In this document: positions 1 to 9,946 of the stretch, one piece after another
Layout: each line of letters starts with the position of its first letter
Position numbering within the stretch: the first letter of the stretch is position 1
Assembly: GCA_963803435.1 (NCBI GenBank)
Contig: CAWDML010000001.1
Location: 1,664,001 to 1,728,000, forward strand
Direction of reading: 5' to 3'
DNA: 64,000 nt
DNA from: an uncultured delta proteobacterium
GTDB taxonomy: Bacteria; Myxococcota; Kuafuiibacteriia; Kuafuiibacteriales; Kuafuiibacteriaceae
Translations under genes and position numbers: made by a program
The notes under the pieces: generated by a model
What the model saw: only the letters and a program-made list of their open reading frames with translations
The model's database searches: none
Told to the model about the DNA's origin: nothing

Positions 1-1944
1 GTCCTCGATCGGCTCGATGAGCAGTCGGTCGAGCGAATGGTGGCCGACATGCTGGGCTTCGCCGCACCTCGGGACTTCGTCTCGTTCCTCGCCGGCCAGA
101 GCGAGGGCAACCCGTTCTTCGTCGGTGAGTACCTGCGCGCGGCGCTGGGGGCCGGAATCCTCGAGCGCACGGACAACGGGCGGTGGACCGTCAAGAGCGA
201 GCGCCGCGATCTCGGGCTCCCGGGGACCCTCCGCGATCTGGTCACGTACCGGATCGTCTCGCTCGGCGAGGACGGCCGCCGGCTGCTGGAGGCGACCGCA
301 GTGCTGGGTCGCGAGAGCACCGCCGCCCTCGCCGCCGAGATCGCCGAGCTCGATCTCGAGCGGACCGAGGACGCGATCGAGGAGCTGCTGAAACGGCAGA
401 TCGTCGAGGAGTCGGCGGCGGGTCGTATCCGCCTCTCGCACGACAAGATCCGCGAGGTCGCCTACGAGCGCCTCGCCCCCGAGGTCAAACGCTCGCTCCA
501 CGGACGGGCGGCCCGCGCGCTCGAGGCCGCCGGAGCGCCCGCGGCCGTGCTCGCCCACCACTTCGAGCGCGCCGAGCGTCCGCTCGAGGCGATCGATCAC
601 CTCGAGGCCGCCGCCTCGCACGCGCTCGCCACCGGCGCCCACCGGGGCGCGGGGGACTTCCTCGAGCGCGCGCTGCACCTCGCGGAGGGTCACGACTTCG
701 CTCCGGTCCGGCGCGCGCGCTGGTATCGCCTCCTCGCCGAGAGCCTCCTGGCCGGCGGCGATCTCGCGCGCACGATGCACGCGTCACACTCGACCCTCGA
801 CGTGCTCCGGCTGGAGCGGCCCAGCTCGCGGGCAGACTGGGTGCTCACGCTCGCCAGCCAGGTCGTCCGCCAGGTCTTCCATCGCGTGGTCCCGAGGAAG
901 TGGATCATCGAGCACGGCCGCGAGGAGGCGCTGATCGAGGCCACCCTGGCGTCGGGCATGCTCAGCCGGGTCGCCTTCTTCGAGAACGATCCCCTCAGGA
1001 TCGTGGCAGCGGCGTTCTGGTCCGTGAACCTGGCCGAGCGCGCCGGCCGACTGGTGCAGGCCACGCGCAATTACTCCGGCCTCGGGTGGATCTTCGGCAT
1101 CGCCCGGCTGCACCGCGTCGCCGACGCTTACTTCGCGCGCGCGCGTGCCGCCGCCGAGGAGATGGAGGACGACAACGGCTTGATCTTCGCGCTCACCTCG
1201 GAGGCGATCTACCGCACCGGGCTCGGCCAGTGGGCGCGGGTCGAGGACGCACTCTCGTCGGCGCGCGCTGCCTGCGAGCGGACCCACAGCCGCCACGATC
1301 TCGAGCTGGTCGAGACCCTCGCCGGACATCCGGCGTACTTTCTCGGTCGCTTCCACGAGGCCATCGCCCGCCACGAGGCCGTCCTCGCCTCCGCCGAGCG
1401 GCGCGGCGACCGGCAGCACCAGGCGTGGAGCCTCTACTGCACGGCGCGCAACCTGCTCTGCCTGGGAGATACGGAGGAGGCGCTCCAGCTGCTCGAGCGC
1501 GCCTGCGCCCTGCTGGCGGATCAGACCGATCAACTCTCGGACATCGCGACCTACGGCCTCCTGGCCTCCGCCCGCGCCCGGCTGGGCAAGCTGGACGCCG
1601 CGCTGGAGGCCGCCCGGACCGCCGAGGCCCGCGCCAAGGACGTGCCGCCGACCGTCTTTCTGAGCCTCCACGGCTACGAGGGCGCGGTCGAGGCGCGGAT
1701 CGCCCTGCTCGAGCGGCACCACGACGCCGAACGGCGCGCCGAGCTGAGCGGTGCCCTGCGGCGGTTGTCGCGGTTCGCGAGCGCGTTCCCGATCGGCCGT
1801 CCCTCCCTCGAGCTGTGGCGCGGGCGGGCCGCCGCCGCGATGGGCAAGGCCACTCGGGCTCAGCGACATCTGGCGCAGGCTGCCGACATCGCATCCAGCT
1901 TCGGAATGAGTTGGTATCGGGAGAACGCGCTGGGGAGCCGATGA
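1..1944 (+). CDS. C-terminal part of a STAND-type AAA ATPase / TPR-like helical repeat protein (5' end outside window)
   Basis: Frame is open from base 1. It has SEGNPFFVGEYL (GNP motif), 'LSHDKIREVAYERL...LHGRAARALE' and 'LAHHFERA', then helical TPR-like repeats typical of kinase/cyclase-ATPase-TPR proteins. Confidence 0.8.
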   Translation, partial: VLDRLDEQSVERMVADMLGFAAPRDFVSFLAGQSEGNPFFVGEYLRAALGAGILERTDNGRWTVKSERRDLGLPGTLRDLVTYRIVSLGEDGRRLLEATAVLGRESTAALAAEIAELDLERTEDAIEELLKRQIVEESAAGRIRLSHDKIREVAYERLAPEVKRSLHGRAARALEAAGAPAAVLAHHFERAERPLEAIDHLEAAASHALATGAHRGAGDFLERALHLAEGHDFAPVRRARWYRLLAESLLAGGDLARTMHASHSTLDVLRLERPSSRADWVLTLASQVVRQVFHRVVPRKWIIEHGREEALIEATLASGMLSRVAFFENDPLRIVAAAFWSVNLAERAGRLVQATRNYSGLGWIFGIARLHRVADAYFARARAAAEEMEDDNGLIFALTSEAIYRTGLGQWARVEDALSSARAACERTHSRHDLELVETLAGHPAYFLGRFHEAIARHEAVLASAERRGDRQHQAWSLYCTARNLLCLGDTEEALQLLERACALLADQTDQLSDIATYGLLASARARLGKLDAALEAARTAEARAKDVPPTVFLSLHGYEGAVEARIALLERHHDAERRAELSGALRRLSRFASAFPIGRPSLELWRGRAAAAMGKATRAQRHLAQAADIASSFGMSWYRENALGSR

Positions 1945-4247
1945 ACAGGGACAATCAGGTTTACTACTTCGACATCGCAGAGGGCCGCTGGCAGGGAGAG
2001 TTCGCGTTTCGCATCGAGCACTGGCGCGAGTTCGCCGGCGCGCCGATCTCGCTCCTCGACCGGGCCCTCGCCTTGATGCTCCACGTGAACGGGCTGATCC
2101 CGGGCACCAAGATGAAGGGCGAGATCCTGGGCGCGCCCGACGAGGGTGAAGCGGGCGTGGCGCGCGTCGAGGTCTCGGTCTTCCGCCTGGGGCTCGAGAT
2201 CTTCCGCCTGTCGGGACACTACGCGCTCGAGCAGAATGGGACCGCGGTGGACATCGCCGTGCTCGAACGCTTCGGGCCGCCGTTCTTTCCCGTGCGCGGC
2301 CCCGCGAAGCGCGACGCGATCATCGACAACCGCGGCTACCGCGCGACCTACCGGATCGCCTCGCTGGGCTCGAGCTGGACGGGCGTCTACGATCTCACGC
2401 CCGCCCGCGATCACCTGAGCGCCACGTACCACTCCGAGTGGGGCCGCATCGGCGAGACCATGGACCGCACCGTGCGCGTCGTCCCGCTCGACGTCGACGC
2501 CCGCAGGCGCTGGGAGCGACTCCTCGACATCGCCCGCCGTCAGGAGGTGCTCAACCGGGAGCTCGACAGCGCCCGCACCGGTGTCGATCCGCGGGCGTGC
2601 TTCGCGCACGTCTATTCGGTGATCACGCGCGATCTGGCCTTCGGCTTGAACGACTCGGGCTTCCGCGATCCGGACTGGGTCATCCGGCTCGCCGAGCGCT
2701 TCGCCGACGAGTACTTCGCGGCGATGGACGCCTGGCCGCGCGGCACGGCGCCACGGGCCTGGTCGCGCGTTCTGGACGCTCTCACCCGGCACGGCTTCAC
2801 GGCGATCGAGCAGCTGATCCTGCAGATGTTCGTCCACATCGTGCACGACCTCCCGCGGGCGCTGGTGAAGGTCGGGATGATCGACGCCGATGGACGCTCG
2901 CACGTCGACGACTTCCAGCGGGTCAACGGGCTGCTGGCCTCGGCGATCGACGATCTTCAGGATCGCCTCGGGCTCCGCTACAACGCCGCCATCCTGGTGC
3001 TCGATCGCCTGCTGCTGCGCGAGGACGAGGCCGTCGCCGCCGAGGCGATCGCGGACTGGCGCACCACCGCCTGGTACGACGCCGAGCGCATGCTCGATCC
3101 CGACGATCGCCTCCAGGTGAACCGCGAGATCGAGACCCGGGTCCAGAGGCTCGTCGAGCGCGCGGTTGGGACCACCATCGGCTCCCGGCTCGTGCTCGCC
3201 GGCGTCCGCACCGGGCTGCGCGCGCTGCGGCTGCGGCCGATCCACCCGCCGCCGGCGGCCTCGCTCGGCACGGTGGCTCCCAAGACCACGCGGGCGCCGG
3301 CGCCGGCCGCGCTCTACGCGCTCTTCACGGCGATCTCGGCCCAAAAGAGCGCCGCCGATCCGGCCAAGCTCCGCCAGGCAGTGCTCACCGACGCGCGCGA
3401 GCACCTCGACAGCCGCTCGCTCGCGATGGTGTCGGCGCTCGGCGACGTGGAGGCTTGGCGCCACGAGCTGCCGCGCCTGCTCGACCGCTCACCGTCCGAC
3501 CGCTACGCGCTGGCGGCCCTGGTCGGCGATCTCCTCCACGGCGAAGAGCTCGACCGCGCCCTCGACCAGCTCCGCGTCTCGGCCCGGGAGCACCGCGCGA
3601 TCCAGACCTTCCAGTCCGCGGTCTCGGAGATGCTGGCGGACACGGCGAGGATCGCGGGCGAAGCGGTGGTGAAGGCCGCCTCGGCGCTTCAGGCCCTCGG
3701 CATCCCGGGGACCGCGCCCCTCCTCGAGTTCGCCCACCTGCACACCGAGTACGACCCGAAGACCGGGATCTTCTTCACGACCGTGCCCGCGCTCTTCCGC
3801 GTCCCGTTCGACGAGGTCCAGCATGTGATCGCACCCGCCGACTGGGACGAGTCGATCAAGCAGGTCGTCGACACCCACTGGATCGTCGAGAACAAGATCC
3901 TCTACGAGGAGGTGAACGTCCTCCATCCGTGGCTCGAGAATCATCCGCTTCACCTCAGGACCGAGCTCGCAATCCAGGAGACGCGCACGCCCGGGCTGCG
4001 GCGCGTCGACTACCAGCTCCACAAGAGCCTCGATGAGGCGCTCTCAATCGACGAGGGCTTCATCTCGGTGGAGTCGAAGGGCGCGGACCTCTCCCTGGTC
4101 ACGATCCAGAAGAAGCTCAAGGTGGAGCGCGACCCGGTGCTCCTCGCGATGCTCCGCTTCAACCCGAACGGCCTGGCCGTCCTTCTCTCTCACTGGATCC
4201 ACGAGGCGGCGCTCCACGCGGTTCCGACGGCGGCCTCCGCGGCATGA
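1941..4247 (+). CDS. Multidomain protein with central DUF5995-like domain and possible START/SRPBCC-like C-terminus
   Basis: ATG at 1941 overlaps the upstream stop (ATGA); the rest of ORF 183..4247 upstream is shadow. Central 'FAHVYSVIT...FRDPDWV..LAERFADEYF...PRAW...HIVHDLPRAL...DFQRVNGLL' resembles DUF5995. Confidence 0.7.
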   Translation: MNRDNQVYYFDIAEGRWQGEFAFRIEHWREFAGAPISLLDRALALMLHVNGLIPGTKMKGEILGAPDEGEAGVARVEVSVFRLGLEIFRLSGHYALEQNGTAVDIAVLERFGPPFFPVRGPAKRDAIIDNRGYRATYRIASLGSSWTGVYDLTPARDHLSATYHSEWGRIGETMDRTVRVVPLDVDARRRWERLLDIARRQEVLNRELDSARTGVDPRACFAHVYSVITRDLAFGLNDSGFRDPDWVIRLAERFADEYFAAMDAWPRGTAPRAWSRVLDALTRHGFTAIEQLILQMFVHIVHDLPRALVKVGMIDADGRSHVDDFQRVNGLLASAIDDLQDRLGLRYNAAILVLDRLLLREDEAVAAEAIADWRTTAWYDAERMLDPDDRLQVNREIETRVQRLVERAVGTTIGSRLVLAGVRTGLRALRLRPIHPPPAASLGTVAPKTTRAPAPAALYALFTAISAQKSAADPAKLRQAVLTDAREHLDSRSLAMVSALGDVEAWRHELPRLLDRSPSDRYALAALVGDLLHGEELDRALDQLRVSAREHRAIQTFQSAVSEMLADTARIAGEAVVKAASALQALGIPGTAPLLEFAHLHTEYDPKTGIFFTTVPALFRVPFDEVQHVIAPADWDESIKQVVDTHWIVENKILYEEVNVLHPWLENHPLHLRTELAIQETRTPGLRRVDYQLHKSLDEALSIDEGFISVESKGADLSLVTIQKKLKVERDPVLLAMLRFNPNGLAVLLSHWIHEAALHAVPTAASAA

Positions 4248-5290
4248 TCGACCCGGACATCGCGAAGGCCTCCGCGCTGCCGGCCGATGCCTACGTCTCC
4301 GAGGAGGCCTACGCCCGCGTCCGCGAGTCCGTCCTCGCAGCGAGCTGGCACGTCCTTTTGCACCGCGACCAGATCTCCGATCCGGGCCTCTACCCCGCGA
4401 CCCTCGGCGCCGGGTCGCTCGATGAGCCCGTGATCGTTTCGCGCGCTCCGGACGGCGCCCTCTCCTGCTTCTCCAACGTCTGCACGCACCGGGGCGCGAT
4501 CCTGCTCGAGTCCCCCTGCCCCGCGCAGAACATCCGGTGTCGCTACCACGGGCGCCGCTTCGATCGAGCGGGGCGCTTCCTCTCGATGCCGGAGCTCGAG
4601 GGCGCCGCCGACTTCCCCTCCGAGCGCGACCACTTGCCCGCGCTCGGGCTGGGCGCCTGGGGCCCGCTGATCTTCGGCGCGATCGCTCCGACGCTCGACT
4701 TCGACCGCTGGATCGGCCCGGTGCGCGAGCGGCTCCCCGCCCTCGATCTCGAGCGCGCCCGCTTCACCGGCGAGCGCGTCTATGAGCTCGACGCCAGCTG
4801 GGCCCTCTACTGCGACAACTACCTCGAAGGCTTCCACATCCCGTACGTCCACCCCGAGCTGGCGGGTGCGCTCGACTACGCCTCCTACTCGGTAGAGACC
4901 TTCGAGCACGCGTCGCTGCAGATCGGCGTCGCCAAGGATCCCGGCGAGGCCTTCGACGGCGGGACGGCCGCCGCCTATTACTTCTTCCTCTTCCCCACGA
5001 CGATGCTGAACGTCTACCCGTGGGGCCTCAGCCTCAACATCGTCGAGCCCCTCGGCCCCGCGCGCACCCGCGTCCGCTTCCTCTCGTTCGTCACCGACGA
5101 GCGCCGCCTGGGTCACTCCGCCAGCGCCAATCTGGATCTGGTCGAACGCCAGGACGAGGCGGTGGTGTGCTCGGTCCAGCGCGGCGTCCGCTCGCGTCTC
5201 TACCGGCCGGGCCGCTACTCCCCCAGCCGCGAGATCGCGGTGCATCACTTCCACCGGCTGCTCGAGGGCTATCTGAGCAGCGCGCGATAG
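4244..5290 (+). CDS. Rieske non-heme iron oxygenase alpha subunit (choline monooxygenase-like)
   Basis: Rieske motif NVCTHRG...CRYHG; mononuclear iron motif DNYLEGFHIPYVHP; ATGA coupling to the upstream gene. Confidence 0.9.
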   Translation: MIDPDIAKASALPADAYVSEEAYARVRESVLAASWHVLLHRDQISDPGLYPATLGAGSLDEPVIVSRAPDGALSCFSNVCTHRGAILLESPCPAQNIRCRYHGRRFDRAGRFLSMPELEGAADFPSERDHLPALGLGAWGPLIFGAIAPTLDFDRWIGPVRERLPALDLERARFTGERVYELDASWALYCDNYLEGFHIPYVHPELAGALDYASYSVETFEHASLQIGVAKDPGEAFDGGTAAAYYFFLFPTTMLNVYPWGLSLNIVEPLGPARTRVRFLSFVTDERRLGHSASANLDLVERQDEAVVCSVQRGVRSRLYRPGRYSPSREIAVHHFHRLLEGYLSSAR

Positions 5291-6876
5291 TGGAGCGGGT
5301 CGGCCACGTTCTTCACCTTGGCCTGGCGCACCTCCGAGAACCCGGACGGATCGCCGTGGGCGGCCACGAAGCTCTCCATGCACAGGATCTCGTCCCGGAC
5401 GGCCACGCCCTGGAGCCGGGCGGCGTTGTTCATGCCCGAGGAGAAGCCGGTGTAGTTCTCGTTCGGGCCGAACTTCCCGACGATCATCGGACAGTAGTTG
5501 AGGCCGGTCGCCACCCCCATGGGGTTGGTCAGGCCCTCGAGCTGCTTCAAGACCGCGCCGTCGTTGAGCGTCCGCGTGAAGTCGCGGATCTGAACCGCGG
5601 CCTCGGCGGCCGTCCGACACAGGACACGCGGGTCGTCCTCGAAGAAGGGCGGTCCCCAGAGGCCGATCACGCAGTCGCCCACCATCTTGTCGAACACACC
5701 GCCGTGCTCCCAGAGGAGCTCGACCACCTGCTCGCTCCAGGTGTCGACCAGCTTTCCGATCAGCTCGGGGTGGCGGAGGACCTGCTCGGAGATCCGCGTG
5801 AAGCCGGAGATGTCGCAGTAGAGCACGGCGACCTCACCCTCGACCGGCATCAGGTAGCGGGTGTCGTAGTCCTCGGCGTTCAGCAGTCGATCCACGATCT
5901 TGGGCGGGAAGCAGAGCGACAGGTGCTTCCACTCGCGGTTGAAGTCGACGATGCGCTGCCTCAGATAGTCGGCGAAGAGCGCGATCAGGTCGCGCTCGAA
6001 CGTATTGAACTGCCCGTTCTTGGAGGTGACGATCACCCGCCCGACGACGCGCTCGTCCCGGACACCGTTGATCATCACCTCTTCGCGGTAGCGATCGAGA
6101 CCGAAGCGCTCCACCAGCGCGCGGGACTCCTTCGAGATCATGTTGGCGGCGTAGTCCCGGATGAAGGTGTCGATCTCGATGTCGCGGGGCAGCTTCGAGT
6201 CGTGCGTGAGCACACCGCCCTGAATGATCTTGTAGTGGAGGCTGACGCCGCGCTGGTCGTCCTCCTGCCGGAACACCAGCAGCATGTCCTCGAAGTCGAC
6301 GTTGGCGGACAGGACCGCGATGGCCTTCTTGATGCCCTCGTCGAGCACGGGCACGCGCAGGGCGTCGCTGGTGGCGAGCGCCACGCTCTGCTTCTTGCGG
6401 GCCTCGGCGATCGAGGCCAGGTAGTTGTCGAGATGCTCGCACCAGACGTCGAGCATCACCTCGGTGCGCGCGCGCTCGTAGGGGTCGAGCCCGCGTTCGA
6501 TCTGGATCGCCGCCGCGCCGAAGGGCTCGCCCGCCACGTCGAAGGGCTGGCCGACGACGGTGCCGGTGGGGGAGACGGAGGCATAACGCTCGCAACGCTC
6601 CGCCGCCGCGAGCACGGCCTGGGTGTCGCCTGCGAAGGCCGCGCCGTCGGCGGTGAAGTCGGAGAGCTCGAGCGATTCGTCGTACGTGCGGACGAAGGCG
6701 CTCTTCGCGCCCAGCGCGCGGATCAGGACCACGAACATGGCCTGGAGCGTCTGAGCGAGCGGGAGGCGGCGGCGCAGGGCCTCCTCGAGGACGTCGTCGC
6801 AGGCTTTCGCGAGCGCCTTTTCCGCCTCCAGCTCGGCGACGCGCAGGGCCAGCTCTTCGACGGTTCGGTCGCTCAT
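5269..6876 (-). CDS. Class III adenylate/guanylate cyclase with N-terminal GAF-like region
   Basis: VLYCDISGFT, FDKMVGDC and MNNAARLQ catalytic motifs. Confidence 0.88.
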   Translation of the reverse strand: MSDRTVEELALRVAELEAEKALAKACDDVLEEALRRRLPLAQTLQAMFVVLIRALGAKSAFVRTYDESLELSDFTADGAAFAGDTQAVLAAAERCERYASVSPTGTVVGQPFDVAGEPFGAAAIQIERGLDPYERARTEVMLDVWCEHLDNYLASIAEARKKQSVALATSDALRVPVLDEGIKKAIAVLSANVDFEDMLLVFRQEDDQRGVSLHYKIIQGGVLTHDSKLPRDIEIDTFIRDYAANMISKESRALVERFGLDRYREEVMINGVRDERVVGRVIVTSKNGQFNTFERDLIALFADYLRQRIVDFNREWKHLSLCFPPKIVDRLLNAEDYDTRYLMPVEGEVAVLYCDISGFTRISEQVLRHPELIGKLVDTWSEQVVELLWEHGGVFDKMVGDCVIGLWGPPFFEDDPRVLCRTAAEAAVQIRDFTRTLNDGAVLKQLEGLTNPMGVATGLNYCPMIVGKFGPNENYTGFSSGMNNAARLQGVAVRDEILCMESFVAAHGDPSGFSEVRQAKVKNVADPLHYRALLR

Positions 6877-6881
6877 CGCGG

Positions 6882-8867
6882 CTAATCTACATCACCTGGG
6901 ATCACGATCGTACGCCCCGAGATCGCTCGAGCTGCCTGCTTTCCCGCCATCGCGGCGGCCTCCACGGAGCCGACGTTCATCCCCGTGTGAACCCAGTCGC
7001 CGGCGAGGAAGAGCCGCGGGATGCCGGAGTCGGCGGAGCGCATCCGGAGGTGCATGGTGCCGGGCACCGAGAGCACGTAGCGCTCCCAGGGCCGGACGTT
7101 GGCGCGCCAGTACTGGCCGTGCGCCTGCGCCAGGCGGGCGTGGGGGAGGAGGTGCCCCAGGTTCGCGGCGAACCAGGCGCGGCCCTCGGCCTCCACGCGA
7201 CCCAGCGCGGCGGCGTCGGGACCGTCGTCGCTCAGCGAGCCGCAGAAGTAGCCCACGTTCTTCACCGCCGGATCGTTCTCCATCTCCACCAGGTGTCCCA
7301 TGTCGGCCCAGGTATCGAGCGCGTCGGCGTACCCTGTGACCACCGCCGAGTCCTCGGTCCAGCCGAGCTCGGCGAGGGAGCGATCGAACCAGAGCTGCAC
7401 CGACTGCGTCCGTGTGGTCTTCATGCCCGACACCATGCTCCGCCATCGCTCACTGTGCGCCGAGAGCGCGCCCGTGATCGGCGCGAGCGCACCCACCGGG
7501 ATCGCGAGCACCACCGCGTGGAAGTCCTCCAGCACGAACGCGCGCTCGCCGGGGATCGGCGCCGGCGACCCGAGATCGATCCCGGAGGCGGCGAGCTCCG
7601 ACCCACCCTCCAGCTGATCCCAGTCCGGCTGCGCGCGCCAGCAAGCCAGCTTGCCGCCCGGCGCCGGCACGTCGACCAACGGGTGATAGTCGGCCTCCTT
7701 GGTGGCGGCCTGGCGAGCGCCGTGAACGCGGGCCAGCACACCGTCGCGATCGAGCTCGAGGCGATCGATGCGGTGAAAGAAGCGGAAGTCGACGCCGCGA
7801 CGCCTCAGCACCAGGTAGAGCGGCGCGAACACCGTCTCACCCATGCCGGCGGCCATCCGGTAGAAGAGCGAGCCGCGATACGTCAGGTTCAGCCGGAAGA
7901 GGCCGTTGACCGCCGTCCCGGCCGCGCCCTCGAAGCCGGTGTTGAAGACCGCGTCGCCGGTCCCCCGCACCATCGGGGCGTCGACGGTCTCCGCCGAGGC
8001 GCCGTGCCGCCGCAACCACGCGCGATAGTCGGTGTCGTCGATCGCGGTGAGATTCTCCAGCCACTCGACGTGGTCGAGATCGGAGACCGGCCCGCGCTTC
8101 GGGATCAGAAGGCCCTCATCGAGGATGCCGACGATGTTGCTGGCGAGGAAGTCGAGCGTGAGCCAGACGCGCCGGAGCTGACCGTCCTGGGCGCGCTGCC
8201 GGAAGAGCATCCGCACCGTCGCGCGCAGCCGGTCGACCAGCAGGGCCAGCGTGCGGTGGATCGACGGCACCGGGCCGCTGCGGAGGACGTCGGAGAGCGC
8301 GCCGATGCGGGAGACCAGGTCCTGCAAGGCGACTTGCAGCTCGCCCCGCATCTCCGAGAGATAGGCGTCCCGCGGGGGCGTCCAGCGTTCCACCGGGTGG
8401 GGATCGACGCAGACACCGAGCAACCAGCGGAGCAGACCCATGAAGGACTCGCGGGGCGTGGCGATGGTGCCGTGCTCGCCGGGCGCGCTGGGGAGGCGCG
8501 GGAAGCGCTGCGGCCAGTGGTGCCAGCCGCTGTCGGTGCGATCCTCGAGGACCACCAGATCCTGAGGAAGGAAGGCGTCGCGCCAGGTGGCGAGGGGCGC
8601 ACCGATCGGGCGCCCCAGCTCCTGGTAGGCCTCGCGGAGCATCATGAAGAGGTTCTCGTAGCAGCCGCCCAAGAGGTGGAGCCCGTGCTCCTCGATGCGA
8701 TCACCGCGCGCGCGGTTGCGGCTGCTGGCGCCCTTGCCGCCGAGCCGTCCGCCGAGCTCGTAGACCGTCACGTCGAAGCGCTCGCGCGCCCCGGGGCGGG
8801 TCAGCTCCCACGCCGCCGCCAGCCCGCCCATGCCTCCGCCCAGGATCGCGATCTTCTTTCTGGCCAC
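6882..8867 (-). CDS. FAD/NAD(P)-binding oxidoreductase (amine oxidase / phytoene desaturase-like)
   Basis: IAILGGGMGGLAAA, 'LGGKGAS', 'EEHGLH' and C-terminal LFLAGDW...VEAAAMAG. Confidence 0.85.
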   Translation of the reverse strand: MARKKIAILGGGMGGLAAAWELTRPGARERFDVTVYELGGRLGGKGASSRNRARGDRIEEHGLHLLGGCYENLFMMLREAYQELGRPIGAPLATWRDAFLPQDLVVLEDRTDSGWHHWPQRFPRLPSAPGEHGTIATPRESFMGLLRWLLGVCVDPHPVERWTPPRDAYLSEMRGELQVALQDLVSRIGALSDVLRSGPVPSIHRTLALLVDRLRATVRMLFRQRAQDGQLRRVWLTLDFLASNIVGILDEGLLIPKRGPVSDLDHVEWLENLTAIDDTDYRAWLRRHGASAETVDAPMVRGTGDAVFNTGFEGAAGTAVNGLFRLNLTYRGSLFYRMAAGMGETVFAPLYLVLRRRGVDFRFFHRIDRLELDRDGVLARVHGARQAATKEADYHPLVDVPAPGGKLACWRAQPDWDQLEGGSELAASGIDLGSPAPIPGERAFVLEDFHAVVLAIPVGALAPITGALSAHSERWRSMVSGMKTTRTQSVQLWFDRSLAELGWTEDSAVVTGYADALDTWADMGHLVEMENDPAVKNVGYFCGSLSDDGPDAAALGRVEAEGRAWFAANLGHLLPHARLAQAHGQYWRANVRPWERYVLSVPGTMHLRMRSADSGIPRLFLAGDWVHTGMNVGSVEAAAMAGKQAARAISGRTIVIPGDVD

Positions 8868-8879
8868 GTTGCCCCCGCT

Positions 8880-9878
8880 TCACAGCTCCGGCGCCGTCAG
8901 ATGGACCTCGAGCGGCCCCGGCAAGACGGAGAGCTCCCGAGCGCCGGCGTACGGGTGGCGCACCAGCACGTGCCACGGGCCGTCGCCGGGCAGCCGATCG
9001 ATCGAGAAGCGACCGGACACGTCGGTGATCGCGAAGAACGGGTGGGAGAAGACGAAGAGGCGGCCCTCCATCCACGGGTGGATCTCGCAAAGGAGCGTGC
9101 CGTCGTGATCCTCGGCCTTGAACCGCCGTTCGATCTTCATCCCCTGGGCCGGCATCGCCATGTTGAACTCGCTCCGCTTTGCGACCCCATGGACCTCGTG
9201 GAGCAACGGATCGTCGTTGCGAACCTCGAGGGTCTGGCCGATCTGGATCGCGACGACGTCCGGTCGAAAGCGGCAGTGCGTCTGATGGACGATCACCTTC
9301 TCTTGGGGCACCGGATACTCGAGCGGCGCGGCCGGCTCCACCCAGACCACCGCACCGGCGAGCCCGCCCTTGCCGTCGACCTGCACCAGGCGGCGGACCT
9401 GGTCCTCGGGCTCAGCGAGGGCCTTGCACTTCGGATCCCTCGAGAGGTCGAGCGGGATCGGATCCGGGACCGCGCCGGAGTACGTCACGCGACCCTCGAG
9501 GTGGCCCTCGCCAAAGCGCTGCGCGTCGCCCCCCAGGGCCGTCTCGGTGCGCGACCCCTCGGCGACGTCGGTGGGAAGCACACCGGGATCGGCGGGAGGC
9601 GGCGGCACCTCGGGCGTCGCGTGCACGTCGTCCGCGGCTTTGGCTTCGGGCGCGGCGTTCCAGTCGGGGACGAGCGAGCGATGCTCCGGGGACTCTCCGT
9701 CGACGGGCGGACGATCATCGGGAAGCTCTCGACCGCTCGCGGTGTTCGGTCCGGCGTGCGGCGTCGTGCGATCGTCATCGCCCAGACGGCGTGCGAGCAG
9801 GAAGAGGAGGAGGAGGAGCGGAACGCCGATCGAGAGCGCTGTACGGGCTCGGACGCGCATCGAGCGCGAGGATATCAT
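8880..9878 (-). CDS. Membrane-anchored carboxypeptidase-regulatory-like / cupredoxin-like domain protein (start uncertain, 9860-9914)
   Basis: N-terminal hydrophobic segment and Pro-rich linker, then 'QTHCRFRP..V..N.DPLLH.VH', 'CEIHPWM', 'HPFFAITD..GRFSI'. Confidence 0.7.
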   Translation of the reverse strand: MISSRSMRVRARTALSIGVPLLLLLFLLARRLGDDDRTTPHAGPNTASGRELPDDRPPVDGESPEHRSLVPDWNAAPEAKAADDVHATPEVPPPPADPGVLPTDVAEGSRTETALGGDAQRFGEGHLEGRVTYSGAVPDPIPLDLSRDPKCKALAEPEDQVRRLVQVDGKGGLAGAVVWVEPAAPLEYPVPQEKVIVHQTHCRFRPDVVAIQIGQTLEVRNDDPLLHEVHGVAKRSEFNMAMPAQGMKIERRFKAEDHDGTLLCEIHPWMEGRLFVFSHPFFAITDVSGRFSIDRLPGDGPWHVLVRHPYAGARELSVLPGPLEVHLTAPEL

Positions 9879-9946
9879 GGTATCTACGGACCGTTCTCGC
9901 GTGGACACACGCACCTTCTTTCGACTATACGAGCCTCCGGAGGTAG

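Noticed and set aside
183-1940. N-terminal extension of ORF 183..4247
   Set aside because: Overlaps the STAND/TPR gene in another frame; the real start is ATG 1941.
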